Shown one piece after another: positions 11,585 through 24,600 of a DNA stretch of 64,000 bases. Positions within the stretch are counted from its first letter, which is position 1; the number at the start of each line of letters is the position of its first letter. Source of the stretch: Blastocladiella emersonii ATCC 22665 (taxonomy: Eukaryota; Fungi; Blastocladiomycota); contig JANHCV010000009.1 of assembly GCA_025594325.1 (NCBI GenBank), positions 372,001 to 436,000 on the forward strand. The letters run 5' to 3'. The translations under genes were made by a program, and so were the position numbers. The notes under the pieces were generated by a model. It had not been told where the DNA came from, did no database searches, and was given only the letters and a program-made list of their open reading frames with translations.

Positions 11585-13680
11585 ATGTCGATCCCCGCCT
11601 ACGTCAAGCCGACCACCGTGCCGTAAGTGCCTGCCCGTCCGCGCACACCCTCCGAGCCGGCGCTGATCCGCTCCCCGCCCCGTGTAGCCTCCCCGAGAAG
11701 GGCCGCCGCAACGTGCTCATCACGTCGGCGCTGCCGTACGTCAACAACGAGCCGCATCTCGGCAACATCATCGGGTGCGTGCTGAGCGCCGACGCGTTTG
11801 CGCGCTTCTCGCGTCTGCGCGGGCACAACACGCTGTACATTTCGGGCACCGATGAGTACGGCACGACGACCGAGACCAAGGCGCTCGAGGAGGGCGTGAG
11901 CTGCCAGGCGCTGTGCGACAAGTACTTTGCGCTGCACCGCAACGTGTACGAGCTGTTCCAGATCGACTTTGATAAGTTCGGTCGCACCACGACGCCCAAG
12001 CAGACGGAGATCGCGCAGGACATCTTCCTCAAGCTGCACGGCAACGGCCACCTGCAGCAGCAGTCGATGGTACAGCTGTTCTGCGAGACGTGCCAGCGGT
12101 TCCTCGCCGACCGGTACGTCGAGGGGATCTGCCCGCACTGCAAGTACGAGGACGCGCGCGGCGACCAGTGCGACGCGTGCCAGAAGCTGCTCAACGCCTC
12201 GGAGCTCATCAAGCCCCGGTGCAAGCTCGACGGCAACCGGCCCATCAACCGCGAGTCGACCCACATGTTCCTCGACCTGCCCGCGCTCACGCCCGAGCTC
12301 ACGGCCTTTGTCGACAAGCACTCGGTCGACGGCAAGTGGTCGTCCAACTCGATCGCCGTGACGCGCGCGTGGCTCAAGGAGGGCCTCAAGCCGCGGTGCA
12401 TCACGCGCGACCTGAAGTGGGGCATCCCCGTGCCGCTCGAGGGCTTCGAGAGCAAGGTGCTGTACGTGTGGTTCGACGCGCCCATCGGGTACCCGTCCAT
12501 CACGGCCAACCTGACCGACGACTGGGCCAAGTGGTGGAAGAACCCCGACAACGTGCAGCTGTACCAGTTCATGGGCAAGGACAACGTGCCGTTCCACACG
12601 GTCATCTTCCCGTCGTCGCTGCTCGGCACCGGCGAGAAGTGGACGCTCCTGCACCACCTGTCGACCACCGAGTACCTTAACTACGAGAACGGCAAGTTCT
12701 CCAAGTCGCGCAAGACGGGCGTCTTCGGCTCCAACGTCCGCGACACGGGCATCGACATCTCCGTGTGGCGCTACTACCTGTTCGCCAACCGCCCCGAGTC
12801 GCAGGACTCGGACTTTTCGTGGAAGGAGTTCATCACCCGCAACAACACGGAGCTGCTCAACAACGTCGGCAACTTTGTCAACCGCGTCGCCAAGTTCGTC
12901 GCCACCCCCAAGTACGGCGGCGCCGTGCCCGAGTTCGACTTCGCCGTGCACCCGGCCGACGCGGCGTTTGTCGCCGACATCAACGCCCTGCTGACCCAGT
13001 ACATTGAGACGCTCGAGGCCGTCAAGCTGCGCCAGGGCCTGCAGCTCGCCATGGCCATCTCGGCGCGCGGCAACCAGTACCTGCAGGACAACAAGCTCGA
13101 CAACTCGCTGTTCGCCGAGGACCGCGCCCGGTGCGACGCCGTCGTCGGCCACGCCCTCGCCCTCGTCTACCTGCTCTCGGCCGTCTTCTACCCGTACATG
13201 CCCGGCACCTCGGCCGGCATCCTCCGCCAGCTCAACATGCCCCAGCCCATGCTCCCCGAGACCTTCACCGACGCGCTCGCCCCCGGCCACAAGCTCGGCA
13301 AGCCCGAGTACCTGTTCAAGCGCATCGATGAGAAGCTCGAGGACGTGTTCCGCGCCAAGTACGGCGGCCAGAAGGACGCCAACGGCGCCGACGCCGCGGC
13401 TGCGGCTTCCCCCGCCAAGCCCGCCCAGAGCAAGCGCGCCGCCGCCAAGGCCGCCGCCGCCCAGGACCCGCTCAAGCTCCTCGCCAAGGTCGACCCCGCC
13501 AAGGTCACGCCCCGCGCCACCGAGCTCCAGGACGCCGTCGCCAAGCAGGGCGCCCGCGTCAAGGAGCTCAAGACCACGGGCGGCGACGCGACGGCGACCG
13601 CGGAGGCCGTCGACGCGCTGCTCAAGTTCAAGGCCGACCTCCTCGCTGAGGTCCAGGCTATCATTGCCGCCGACAAGTAA
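11585..13680 (+). CDS. MES1: Cytosolic methionyl-tRNA synthetase with C-terminal WHEP domain
   Basis: LITSALPYVNNEPHLGNIIG (HIGH), zinc knuckles, KFSKS (KMSKS), anticodon domain, terminal QDAVAKQGARVKELK..LLKFKADL. Short exon 1 and intron ~11623-11688. Confidence 0.96.
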
Positions 13681-13898
13681 GTTGTGTGTGAGGGGGAACG
13701 GGTGTGAGTCGAGTATATGACATGTTTTAGTTATTCTCACGCATTTTCTTTCAGGGACGCGAAAGGGGAGGGAGGGGTTGGGAGACGCGTCGTATTTACA
13801 TGCCACGTTTCTTCCGCCGTCTTGATCCAGTTTTGATCAAAAGCCCTCCCGCTCTCGATGATCCTCTTCTCCACCAGCACCCACACGAATGCAAGCAA

Positions 13899-16189
13899 AT
13901 GAAGTCACACTTGCCGCAACCATCTAATGGGCCTGATCTTGCAGCACTGCCAGCCGAGCTCCTGACGGCGGTGCTGCGACTTGCCCGGCCGCGACCTGAG
14001 CTCTGCTCTGCAACTGGCGAGTTTGTTCCGCTCGTGCGAACCGAACTCGTCCGGAACTCATGGATCAACTCCATGCTTGCGCTTGCCGTCATCAACGCTC
14101 CCCTGTCACCTAAAATCAATCGGCGCTTCTTCTTCGTTTCGGACCTTGCACACCTCGTCACTTGTGACTACAACGACGCTCGCAAGCGGCTTGAGCACGG
14201 CGACCGCGCCTACGACCGCGTCTCGACCTTGTACTCGACACTCCTGACCCGACTGACCGGGCTCGCTGCGCCCGCCCTGCATCGCGAGGATCTCCGCTCA
14301 CTCGCCAACGACGTGAGGGCGACCATTACGGCGGATCAAAGCGATTGCGTGGCTTCGGCCGTCCAAAGCCCCGTCGCGGCGCTCATGCAGCTGTTCGCGT
14401 TCGCAGCTGTGCGCCTCGACCCGCGCCTGCTCTCGGACCTTCTCATCGACGCGCAGCAACAGATCCCTGGCCTGCTCCGGATCAGGGTTACTTACAGATC
14501 GTGGGTTCGGCTCTGCCAGTGCATCAATTTCCACCATAAGGACGACCCGTTCCTCGACCGTCGCATGAATTTGGCCTCGTTCCTCGCGGTCTATGCCGTC
14601 TTCGCTTGGAGCCGCCCGATCCTTCGCGTCTTGACCGATCCGCGACTGGCCCTAGATTGGCTCGAGCTCACGTCGTGGTTCAGCGACGAGTCGGTCGCGG
14701 AAAGCTTCTTTGCGCACATCGAGGGGTCCGCCTACAACGAGGACGTCGAGTCGTGCGCCGAGGTGCTTTCCTTTCTGCTCGCAAATCACTGGACCGGCGA
14801 GTCGGCGTACATCGCAGGCCGCCATCTCGCCGTCCACTTGTGCGTCGCACCGGATGTCCTCGCTCGACTTGTGGAGCTGTACCAGGACGAAGTGCTTTGG
14901 GCACCGCCGAGCGACGACCTTGACGCCATCGGGCAACAGATCAAGCTTGAACACATCCCGTCGGACATGGACAGCCTTGCGACGCTTGACCAGCTCGGGT
15001 TTTTGAACGATAAAGCGTGGGGCTGCGTCATCGTCATGGCAGCTTCTGGGCCTCCCGACGAGTATTGTGGCTTCATCTCTGATCAGCTTGGCGATCGTCT
15101 GGTTGACGCCGCTGTGGCAGGTACTGATGGCTCCTGTTCCGATGCGAGGACTGGAATCTGACACGCGCTTGCCGTGTAGCTTTCACGAGCACGCTTGCGC
15201 ACGACGACGATCCGTGTGCTCCTCAGCAGGTCTTGGCGTTTGTTGGGCAATATCGAGGTGATCCGAACTTGCAGCGTGCGGCTGCCGCCATGGCAGCCGC
15301 GGTGGGCAACAGGATCAAATCGACTTTGAATCCTGAGCTCGCGGGCGACGTTGAGCGGTGCCAGGCGGAGTTGCGCCGGATCATTCAGCGCGTCTTCCAC
15401 ACCCCGCTCACGATGGGACTCTGGACCGCGTTCATCCTGGCCAACGCGTTCGTTTCCCGCTTTGACGTCTCGCTCTGCACGCACTTTGCGTGGATCCCCG
15501 TGGCTGTGCTCACCTCGGACGCTTTCCGCATGGCGGCCACCGAGCTCATGGCCCGCGAAGGCACGGCCTCGCTGTTCCTCGGTCTCATGATCTCTGCGCA
15601 GATCCAGGGCGGCGCGGGCACCCACCACATATCGCACGGCGCGTTCCGCTCGACGTCGACATGCTGCGACCTTTCACAGCAGCGGGCTTACTTTGACGCC
15701 ATGCAGCGGATCGTGGCGATCGATCCTCGTGGGATCATGCGGGCTGTTCCGCAGTGCGCGTTTGACCAGCTGCACCGCTTGCTCGGATCCGTTGATGATC
15801 TTGGGCGCGCTCAAGCGTTTGGGGCCACCGAACCGGGTCCACATACCATTGATCAATGTAGCGCCGTCCAACAGCCGTTTCGCGAGCTGGTGCTCGTTCT
15901 AGCACGGGCGGACCTGGGCGCTTTCATGGACCGGCTTGGCGGCGAGGAGGACGGGAGCGCCCTGCCGCTCTCGTTCTGGCGTGTGCTTGAGCGGGGTTCC
16001 CTCGACCAAGTCAAGGGCACGAACTGGGTTGCGCGCACGGTCGTTCAACTCGACCGACGCGGCACAGCTGGTGAGCCCGTCCGCCCCATCATCGCAGAGA
16101 TCCCCCGTGTCGCTCCTGTGACGACCGCGAGTCACAACTACTTCGCCGCGGTCACGGCTTTGATCCATGGTGATCCGGTATTCGTTTGA
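13899..16189 (+). CDS. F-box-like array family, intact A+B gene
   Basis: LAALPAELLTAVLRLARP N-terminus. Phase-1 intron 15121-15179 joins ORF 13800-15161 in frame to ORF 15233-16189. Confidence 0.8.
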
Positions 16190-16597
16190 TCTGTCACCAA
16201 TTGTAAGTTATTTGTCTGCTCCTTTTGCCGCCGTGCGCGAGGCCTGAGAAGTGAGGGGTCTATGCGTGACCAAGGTTCATGTCATTGTTGCCGCCAACAA
16301 GGTCGCTGCTCCTGCTGCGTGAAAGTGGGCAAGAGCGCGTGAGTCGAGTATACGACACGTTTTCAGCGAGCGCTGCTCGACCCAACGTACGCCCTCGCGC
16401 GACCCGACGTCGCCTCGGCATATCAATTTAGATGGGATCGCGCTCGGGGGTGTACACCGGTCGACGTACATCAGGTCTTGCGCTCAGGATCGTTTCGGCG
16501 ATGCAGCTCGTGCGGACGCGTTGCTCAGGTCGCGTGTTCTGGTGACGCGATCGCCGCTCTCCCTCGCCTCACTGGAACCCCTCACGTATGCAATCTA

Positions 16598-18937
16598 ATG
16601 AAGTCCGACTTGCTGCAACAAACTGCTGGACCTCTCTTCGCAGCGCTGCCGACCGAGCTCTTGACGGCGGTGCTGCGACTGGCCCGGCCGCGACCCGAGC
16701 TCTGCGCGGCGACCGCGGAGGTTCTTGCTCTCGGGCGCACTGAACTGGTCCGAAACTCGTGGCTCAACTCTGTGCTTGCGCATGCCGTGCGCCACTGCCC
16801 CATGTTCTTCGACATCATGATCTACCCGAATCGAGGCGTCTACTTTGAGTCGGACCTCGCACACCTCCTCGGGTACGACTACGACCATGCTCAAGGACTT
16901 CGATGGCCAATCGGGACCACTATCTCCCGGAAGCGGCTTGAGCCCGACGACCCTGACTACGATCGCGTCTCGACCCTGTACTCGGCGCTCGCGACCCGCT
17001 TGACCAAGCTTGCTGTGCCCGTCTTGCGTCGAGACAGCCTTCGCGTCCTGACCAACAACGTTAAGTCGACGATAATGAAAGGCCATCGCCCCTGCGCGGC
17101 ACCGGCCATCCGGAACCCCGTTGCCGCGCTCTTGCAGCTCCTTATCTTCGCTGCTCTGCGCCTCGACGCGCAGCTTTTCTCCAAGCTTCTCATCGCCACG
17201 CAGCGCCAAGTCCTCGGTCTGTTCCGGATCAAGCTCACGTACAAAACTTGGCTTCGCCTCTGCCGCCACATTGGTTTCGAACACTGTGACGGGGATCTCT
17301 ACGAGCGTCGCATAAATCTGGTCTCGTACCTCGCCGTGTACGCCGTCATGGATTGGAGTTGGCCGACACTCGACGTCTTGACAGATGCGCGACTGGGCCT
17401 CGACTGTCGCGAGCTCGTGTCGTGCTTTGATGACGGCGGAATCGGCGCGGGCTTTTTTGATCACGTCAAGCTATCGACATACAGCAGTGCACGCGAGCAA
17501 GCAATTGCTCATGTGCTTACATTCCTGCTTGACAACAACTGGGCCACGTCCCGGTACGTCGCCGAGCGTCATATCTTCGTCCACTTGAGCTGCACGCCGA
17601 AGCTTCTCCAACGTCTCGTCGAGGCGTGGCGGGACAAACGTATTCCCGCTCCGCGGAGCGCCGACCTCGATGCAATCGCGGCACGGCTTGGTAACGAGGG
17701 AATTCCGTTGGACGCGGAGGACCTCACGATCCTGGACGATTTCAAACTTCTCAACGAGAAGGCCTGGGGCTACGCCATTAGCCTGGGTTTTGGGGAACGC
17801 GACGAGGCGTGCTTTGCCTTCATCGCCGAGCGGCTCCGTGATCGTCCTGTCAAAGCCGCAGTTGAGGGTACCGCTGACTGTTTTCGCTTGGACGCGGACG
17901 CGGCCTAACTTGATTGGGGGCGTGTAGCTTTCACTTTTACGCTTGCGCCCGACGGTGATCCGCATGGTCCTCAGAAAGTCTTGTCGTTTGTTGCGCGATA
18001 CCGGGACGAGCAAACTTTGCATCGCGCCGCTGCTTCCATGGCAGCTGCGGCGGGAACCAAGGCCAACTCGCTTCTGGATCCCGGGCTTGTTATCCAACCG
18101 GGCGACGTTGAGCGGTGCCAGGCAGAGCTGCGCCGGATCGTTCGACGTGTCTTTCGTAGCCCACTCTCGTTGGATCTCTGGCCCGCGTTCGTTCTCGCGA
18201 ATGCGTTCGTCTCGCAGTTCGATGTCTCTCTGTGCACCAACTTCGCTTGGCTGCCTGTGGCCGTGCTCAACTCTGATAAGCTTAAAGCTGCGGCGATCCA
18301 GTTCATCGAAACGGAACGAACGGGCCCGCTCCTGCTTGGTCTCATGATTTGCGCGCAGATCCAGGGCAGCGCGGGGCGCGTGACCCTTTGGCATTCAACC
18401 TTTCGCGTGACGTCCGGTTGCTGCGACCTTTCGCGGCAGGGAATCTACTTTGACGTCATGTCGCAAATCTTGGCCATGGATCCACGCGGGATGTTGGCGA
18501 AGATTCCGCAGTGTGCTTTCGATTCCCTGCGCAGACTCCTCGAGTCCGTCGACGACCTCGCACTTGCTCAACCGTTTGATGTCGCCGAGGAGAAGCCGCA
18601 CACGATCTCGACGTGCGATGCCGTGCTGGCACCGTTCTCGAAACTTTTTGACATGCTCGTTGACGAGGACTTGGATGTTTTGATTGATAGGCTTGGCGGC
18701 AAGGATGACGGGAGCGCGCTTCCGCTCTCGTTTTGGCGGGCGCTTCGGAGCTGTCATCTCGATCGCGCCAAGACCACGGGCTGGGTCGCGCACACGGTCG
18801 TGCGCCTCGACAGACGCGGCACCCTCGGTGAAATCGACTCTCGCCCAATCATTTCGGAGATCCGTCGCGCCGCCCCCGCGACGACGGCGAGCCGTTCGTA
18901 CCTCGCCATGGCCATGGCCCTGATTCATGGGGAGTAG
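16598..18937 (+). CDS. F-box-like array family, intact A+B gene
   Basis: FAALPTELLTAVLRLARP. Phase-1 intron 17868-17927 joins A in frame to the B ORF (17981-18937). Confidence 0.8.
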
Positions 18938-19124
18938 GTGGTTCTTTGCAGGTTTATAATATATCGTTCTCGTCTTTGTGCCTTCCGAGCTGCTGCTGAT
19001 CCCAAGGATGATTGACGCGTCTCGCGCCGTGATGGGGACGTTAGAACGGGCTGACCAAGTGAAGTATCGAGCCTGGATTGCACACACGTTTGTTTAAATA
19101 GACAGACGCGTCGCACCTGGTGAT

Positions 19125-19230
19125 CTCGTCCTCCTGATCATCTTGGAGATCCGTCGCGCTGAGTTGGGAACGACCGCAAGTCACGCCCACCTAGTTGCAG
19201 TCGCGGCGCGCATCCATGGAGACTTGGCGA
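19125..19230 (+). pseudogene. Remnant of B-domain C-terminus
   Basis: IILEIRRAELGTTASHAHLVAVAARIHGD matches paralog ends such as IISEIRRAAPATTASRSYLAMAMALIHGE. Confidence 0.6.
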
Positions 19231-19344
19231 CCAGTCGATTGCTCCTCGCGTTTACAAATATCTTCATCTTTAGACCTTTCTACTTGTGCTGTTTTCGCGT
19301 GGAATATTGCACGTTTTGCTGCGGGGTCAAGGCATGATCGACGC

Positions 19345-19373
19345 GTCTCCACCTCGCTGCGAGACAGTCACGC
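19345..19373 (+). promoter_or_regulatory. Family upstream motif GTCTC-N11-GAGACAGTCACGC
   Basis: Same dyad and spacing upstream of four family copies. Confidence 0.55.
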
Positions 19374-19541
19374 TGGCCAGCTGATCGAGGCAGTGTGGCG
19401 CCGACGCCTGCCTGCATCGAGCCAACGTCGCCGCCCCGTCGGCCCATCGACCCCCACTGACCTCGCTTCACCATTTGTGTAGCCTTTGGAATTGCAGTTG
19501 CGCGCAATCGCAACCGCCACCCAGAGGCGCCCCAGCACATT

Positions 19542-20501
19542 ATGGTGTTTATTCGCGAACATCGCGACGAAACCGAGGTGACTTGGGCCGCTTTCACTTT
19601 CGCGAAGAAGGTGGACGAGGTAATCGAGGCGACACTTGGCGATGCTGGCGACCAGGCTGCCGAACTCAGCATCGAGCGCTACCAAGACGAGCTGCGTCGC
19701 ATTGCTCAACAGGTTTTCCGCACTCCGATGATTATGGACGTGTGGAGCGCTCATTTACTCGCAAACGCTTTTGTTTCGCACCTTGGTGTCTCGACGTGTA
19801 CAACTTTTGCGTGGGTACCTACTTGTGTGCTTAACGATCCCGTGTTTTTACGTCTGGCAATGGAGCAAATTCCGCGGCTTGACACGGGAATGCTGCTCCT
19901 AAGCCTCATGATTTGCGCACAGCTCCAGGGCGGCGCGGGTCCGCACAAGCTTCCTCGGTCCGGCCTCCGCTACACCTGCAATCGGTGCGAACTTTCGACT
20001 CAGCGGGCTTGGTTCCTTGCCATTGAGCGGCTGCTCTCCATCCATTCGGGCCGGACGCTCCGAGAGCTCCCGCAGTGCGCTTTCAATCAACTTCGCCAGC
20101 TTCTTGACTCGGTTGATGATCTAGCGCTCGCGATGCCGTTCGATGCCCCTGCGCTTGAACCACATCGTCCTTTGGCGTGCGAACCCGTTGCGGAGCCTTT
20201 TTGCAAGCTGCTCGACTATCTCATTGGCTTCGATCTCGCGACCCCCATCGACCGCCTGGGCGGCAAGCATGACGGCAGCTCGCTGCCGATCTCGCTGTGG
20301 CGCGCGCTTCCCACCGGTGCGCTCGACGACATCAAGGACGAGGGCTGGGTCGCGAAGACTGTCGTTGGCATCCACGACCGCGCCACCGTTGGGGGAACTG
20401 ACCCTCGCGCGATCATCTCGGAGGTCCGTCGCGTGGCCCGCGATATGGTTGCCAAGACGAGCTACCTCGAGGCCCTTGCCTCCTTGATTCATCGGGATTA
20501 G
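19542..20501 (+). CDS. F-box-like array family, B-domain-only open copy
   Basis: 319-aa ORF aligning along the whole B domain. Family promoter motif at 19345-19373 and a retained splice acceptor at ~19480, but no A exon. Confidence 0.65.
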   Translation: MVFIREHRDETEVTWAAFTFAKKVDEVIEATLGDAGDQAAELSIERYQDELRRIAQQVFRTPMIMDVWSAHLLANAFVSHLGVSTCTTFAWVPTCVLNDPVFLRLAMEQIPRLDTGMLLLSLMICAQLQGGAGPHKLPRSGLRYTCNRCELSTQRAWFLAIERLLSIHSGRTLRELPQCAFNQLRQLLDSVDDLALAMPFDAPALEPHRPLACEPVAEPFCKLLDYLIGFDLATPIDRLGGKHDGSSLPISLWRALPTGALDDIKDEGWVAKTVVGIHDRATVGGTDPRAIISEVRRVARDMVAKTSYLEALASLIHRD

Positions 20502-21376
20502 TGCCGTTTGATAGCACAGGTTGCTGATATATTTTTAATGACCACTACCACGCGTCGTATGCCCGCTCAAAACGTATGAATAGTGGAGCATGACACAGGG
20601 TAGCTTCGTGGGCAAGGCGCTTCTTTTTCGTTTCGCCGCTACATAGTGATGGCCGACGCGTCTCCAACTCTGAGCTTCTTGTCAGAGGGTACGTCCCTTC
20701 TTTCTTCGCCCTTTTTTGCACTCGGCGTAGCCTTGTCAAAGTCAAGGTCATGACGTAAGGAAACTGACCAGACCTTGCCTCAGCGTTTGTGTATGGGCTT
20801 GGGGTCAGTCGCGACGTAGAGTCGGCCCAGCGTATGATGATGTTTACCGGCAAGTGCTTCGACCAAAATGGTGTCATCACCGCCGCCTTCACCTTTGCTA
20901 GCAAAATCGGCCAAAGAATCGAATCCACTTTCTAAGGCAAGCAGTCCACGGAACTCAGGGTCAGACGCTGCCATCAAGAGCTGCGCCGAATCGCTCACTG
21001 GCTTTTCTGCACCCCGTTGGTCATGGACGTGTGGCACGCGTATCTGCTTGGAAACGCGTTCGTCTCGCGCCTTGATGTCTCAACCTGTACAAACTTTGCG
21101 CGGGTGATTCCTTGCGCTCTTAACAACCCCGTTGTTGGGTTTCAAGCACTCGAACTGACTCAGCGGCAAGACGCTGGAGCTCCGCTTCTCGGCGTCAAGA
21201 TCAACACTCAAATCCAAGGCGGTGCGAGTCAACATGCACTCGCGCGCACTGGGCTCCGCCTCACCTGTGATCGGTGCGATCTCTTGACTCAGCGCGCTTG
21301 GTTCTGGTTGTCGAGCGACTCATCTCCCTGAATTCGGGTCGAATTCTGCGCGACCTTCCGCAGCGCACTTTCAAGC

Positions 21377-21592
21377 TGTTGATGCCGACAGAAGGAGGTG
21401 GGAGACAAGTAGTCAGAGATGTCTATTCCTGCCTTCGGCCCCGAACCCAAGACAGGGAGAGGGGAGAATGGATAACAAAGCAGGGCGCGCCGCAGCGGGG
21501 TGCGGCGGCGCGGGAGCGAGGGATTGCGGGCGGCTCACGCGAGATCAGATGATTGATCATTGCGGTCGTGGCCACATGAACGACACGCAACA
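21377..21592 (-). repeat. 3' LTR (216 bp)
   Basis: Differs from the reconstructed 5' LTR by 6 transitions. Confidence 0.92.
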
Positions 21593-21610
21593 TCACCTCC
21601 CCCCAGACCG
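21593..21610 (-). other. Polypurine tract
   Basis: Minus strand GGGGGGAGGTGA directly abuts the 3' LTR. Confidence 0.75.
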
Positions 21611-24600
21611 TGACCTGAGCGACTTGACGAACCCTTGGTACACCGCGTTCTTGAGCTGGCGACCGGACTGGCTGCGCGTGATGGACGATGGCGGGTCGGG
21701 CGAGGGAGAGCGCGCGCGCTTTGGGTTGGCGCGGGCGGGCGATGAGGCGGGCGAGGACTGCGTGACCGAGAACTGCGACTTGTCAGCCGAGACTTGGCGA
21801 GGAGCAGGATCTTGGCGTGGAGCGGGCACAGGGGAAGACGCGGCGACCTTGGGGGCGAGACGCTGCAGCGAACGCTGGCGCTCGAGCCGGGTGTCGGCCG
21901 AGATCTTCTTGTGGTAGTCGTTGATGGCGCCGGCGGTGTCGAAGCTGCTGGCGGGGATCCACAAGTTCTTGGCGGAGCGATTGGACCAGCGGACCAGGTA
22001 CTCGCGCTCGCCGTTCGCGCCGTCGCAATGACGGAGGATGTCGCGCATGGTGTCCAATTCGCCCAAAGGCGCTGACTCGGGCTGGATGAGGCGCAGGTGG
22101 TGCGCGGGGATCTTCTTGACGAGTGCGCCAGTGGCGACACGGAGCAGGTACGCGCCGCCACGGTTGTGGCGGACCACTGTGTAACGGGCCCTCGTAGCGT
22201 GGGTCGAGGCGGGAGGCGCGGTTGGTGGTCATGCGCATGACGATGGCGCCCACGGGGAAGTCAGTGGCGATGATCTTGCAGTGCTGATCGGCGCGCGCCT
22301 GCACGACAGCGTTGCAGTCGGCGGTGCGCTGCGCAATGGCGGAGTAGATGGACTTGGTCATGAGCTTGAGGCGAGCGAGCTGCTCCTGCTCGGTCATGTC
22401 GCGGAGGGGCGGCTGCGCGCGGTAGTTGCGGAGCGCGTTGGCGGGACGCGCAAATATGAGCGAGAAGGGCGTCAAGCCGTGGCGCGCGTGCGCGCGCATG
22501 TTGTAGGCGTACTGGATAGCCGGGACCATGGCGGGCCAGCGGTTGAGCTGCCCGTTGAGCGAGGGGAGCAGCATCTCCTTGACTGAGCGAACGAGACGCT
22601 CCGAGGCGCCATTGGCCTGCGGGTGGTACGGCAACACAAGGCGGCAGTCAATGCCAGCCATGTTGGCGAGCGAGGCGATGATCTGGTTGGCGAACTCGGG
22701 GCCGTTGTCGGACTGGATGATGCGCGGGAAACCGAACTGGAAGCACGTGGCCAGGAAGCAGGTGGCGACCTCGCCGGCAGACGCGGAGCGGATCGGGTGG
22801 AGCCACGCGAACCGGGTGCAGATGCCAATGATCACAAGCACGTGCGTGTATCCGTTGGGCGAGATGGGCAGCTGCATGCAGTCCATGGACAGGTGGTCGA
22901 GCGGCAGCAGCGCCTCAATCAAGCGCATTGGGTGGAAACCCTGCCGCGTGGCCAAGAACCGCGCGCACGGGATGCAACTGGCAATGACGCGCTGGCAGTT
23001 GGCGAGCATGCTGGACCATTTGTGGCCAAGGACGACGAGCTGCTGCTGTGTGGCCGCGGGACCCGAGTGGCCCCTGTTGTGCACATTGCAGATGATCTGG
23101 TCGCGCTGGTCACGCGGAACGGGCGCCGTGTCGAGGTGCTGCGCAGGCGGGACGGTGCCAATGGGCGAGAACTCTGGCCGCAGCGCGCTACCCTCGGGGG
23201 CGGGTGCAGCGGCAACAACGCGGGCGTGCACGGCGGGCGCGGGTGTTGAAGAAGAGCTGCCCCCATGGGTGGGTGCGGCAGCAAAAGCGCGGGCCCGCTC
23301 CGCGGGCGGGAGCGAGGCTGGCGCGAGGAAGAAGTGTCAAGCACGATTCTCTGCAAGGGAGAGATCGTGCGTCATGAGCTGCTCGAGCTCGCTGTTGCCA
23401 AGGGCACACTCGGGGAGAGACGGCGCGGGAGAGGATCCGGAGGGACCCCCCACCAGTGGGCGCCCACGGGGGGAACGCAATACAGGACAACAGCCGGCGC
23501 GGTTGATGGCGACAAGACGGGCATGGGCGTTGGTATTATACAGGCGCGACAGGATGTCGGGCAGCACGTTCAGGACGCCGGGGAGGTGCGTGACTGAGAA
23601 CAAGAGGGAGAGCAGTGTGTCGAGCCAGTTTTTGAGGATGGGCAACAGGCGCTTCTGCGTGAACATGTGGGTGAGCGCCGCGTGGTCCGTGAACAACGCG
23701 AAACGGCGGCCATAGAGGTAGTAGAAGAAGCGAGTGAGCGCAAAGACAATGCCGAGAAGCTTGCGCTTGGTGGCCGAGTAGTTCTGCTTGGCGGGCTGCA
23801 GAGAGCAAGAGGCAAACAAGATGTAGCGCGGGGACTCGCGGCTACCCTGGAACAGGATGGCGCCAAGACTGACGTTTGAGGCGTCAGTGGCAACAAAGAA
23901 CGGCTTGGAGAAATTGGGCGGCGCGAGACACGGGGCGGCAGCAAGGGCGGCCTTTACGGCGAGGAACGCCTGCTTGCACTCATTGGTCCACACGTTGCAG
24001 ACGTTGAGGTTGATGCGCTTGAGGTTGCTCAGCGCGTTGAGCGGGTGCATGAGGACCGCGGCGAGCGGGATGTAGGCGCGCAGGTAGTTGACAAGGCCGA
24101 GGAACTTCTGGACCTGGTTGCCGGACGTCGGACGTGGCCAGTCGCAGATTGAGACGACCTTGGCCTTGGCGGGCTGCACGCCCTCGGCCAAGACGACGTG
24201 GCCGAGCAGGTGCACGCGTGCGTAGTAGAAGAAGCACTTGGCGGGGTTGAGGTGGAGGTTCCACCGCGTGAGACGGTAGACAACGAGGACAAGGTGCTGC
24301 GTGTACTCCTCGATTGAGGCCAAGAAGATGACGAGATCGTTGATGAAGACGCGCACAAACAGCATGTTGTGGAAGATGTTGGACATGACGGCCTGGAACT
24401 GCGCTGAGAGGGTCTTGATGCCAAACGGGCCGCGCGAAGACAACATTGGGCTGGATAGAGCTGGAATGATGTTGTCAAGGAACAGGTCTGCATGCACGGT
24501 CAGGAACGCTGGGTAGCACCGAGAAGGCTCGCTGCGAACGGGCGTGTGGTTTGCCACAGACGGGACCAAGGCGGCTGCGAAGGGGATCGTTGTGGGTGAC

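Noticed and set aside
11599-13806. 735-aa antisense ORF over MetRS (similar ones at 10186-11280, 24544-25617, 49623-51998, 8411-9574)
   Set aside because: Shadow frames produced by extreme C/G third-position bias; the opposite strand carries the recognisable protein.
13800-18937. A and B ORF pairs as two-gene toxin-antitoxin-like cassettes
   Set aside because: Canonical phase-1 introns join them in frame in every intact case.
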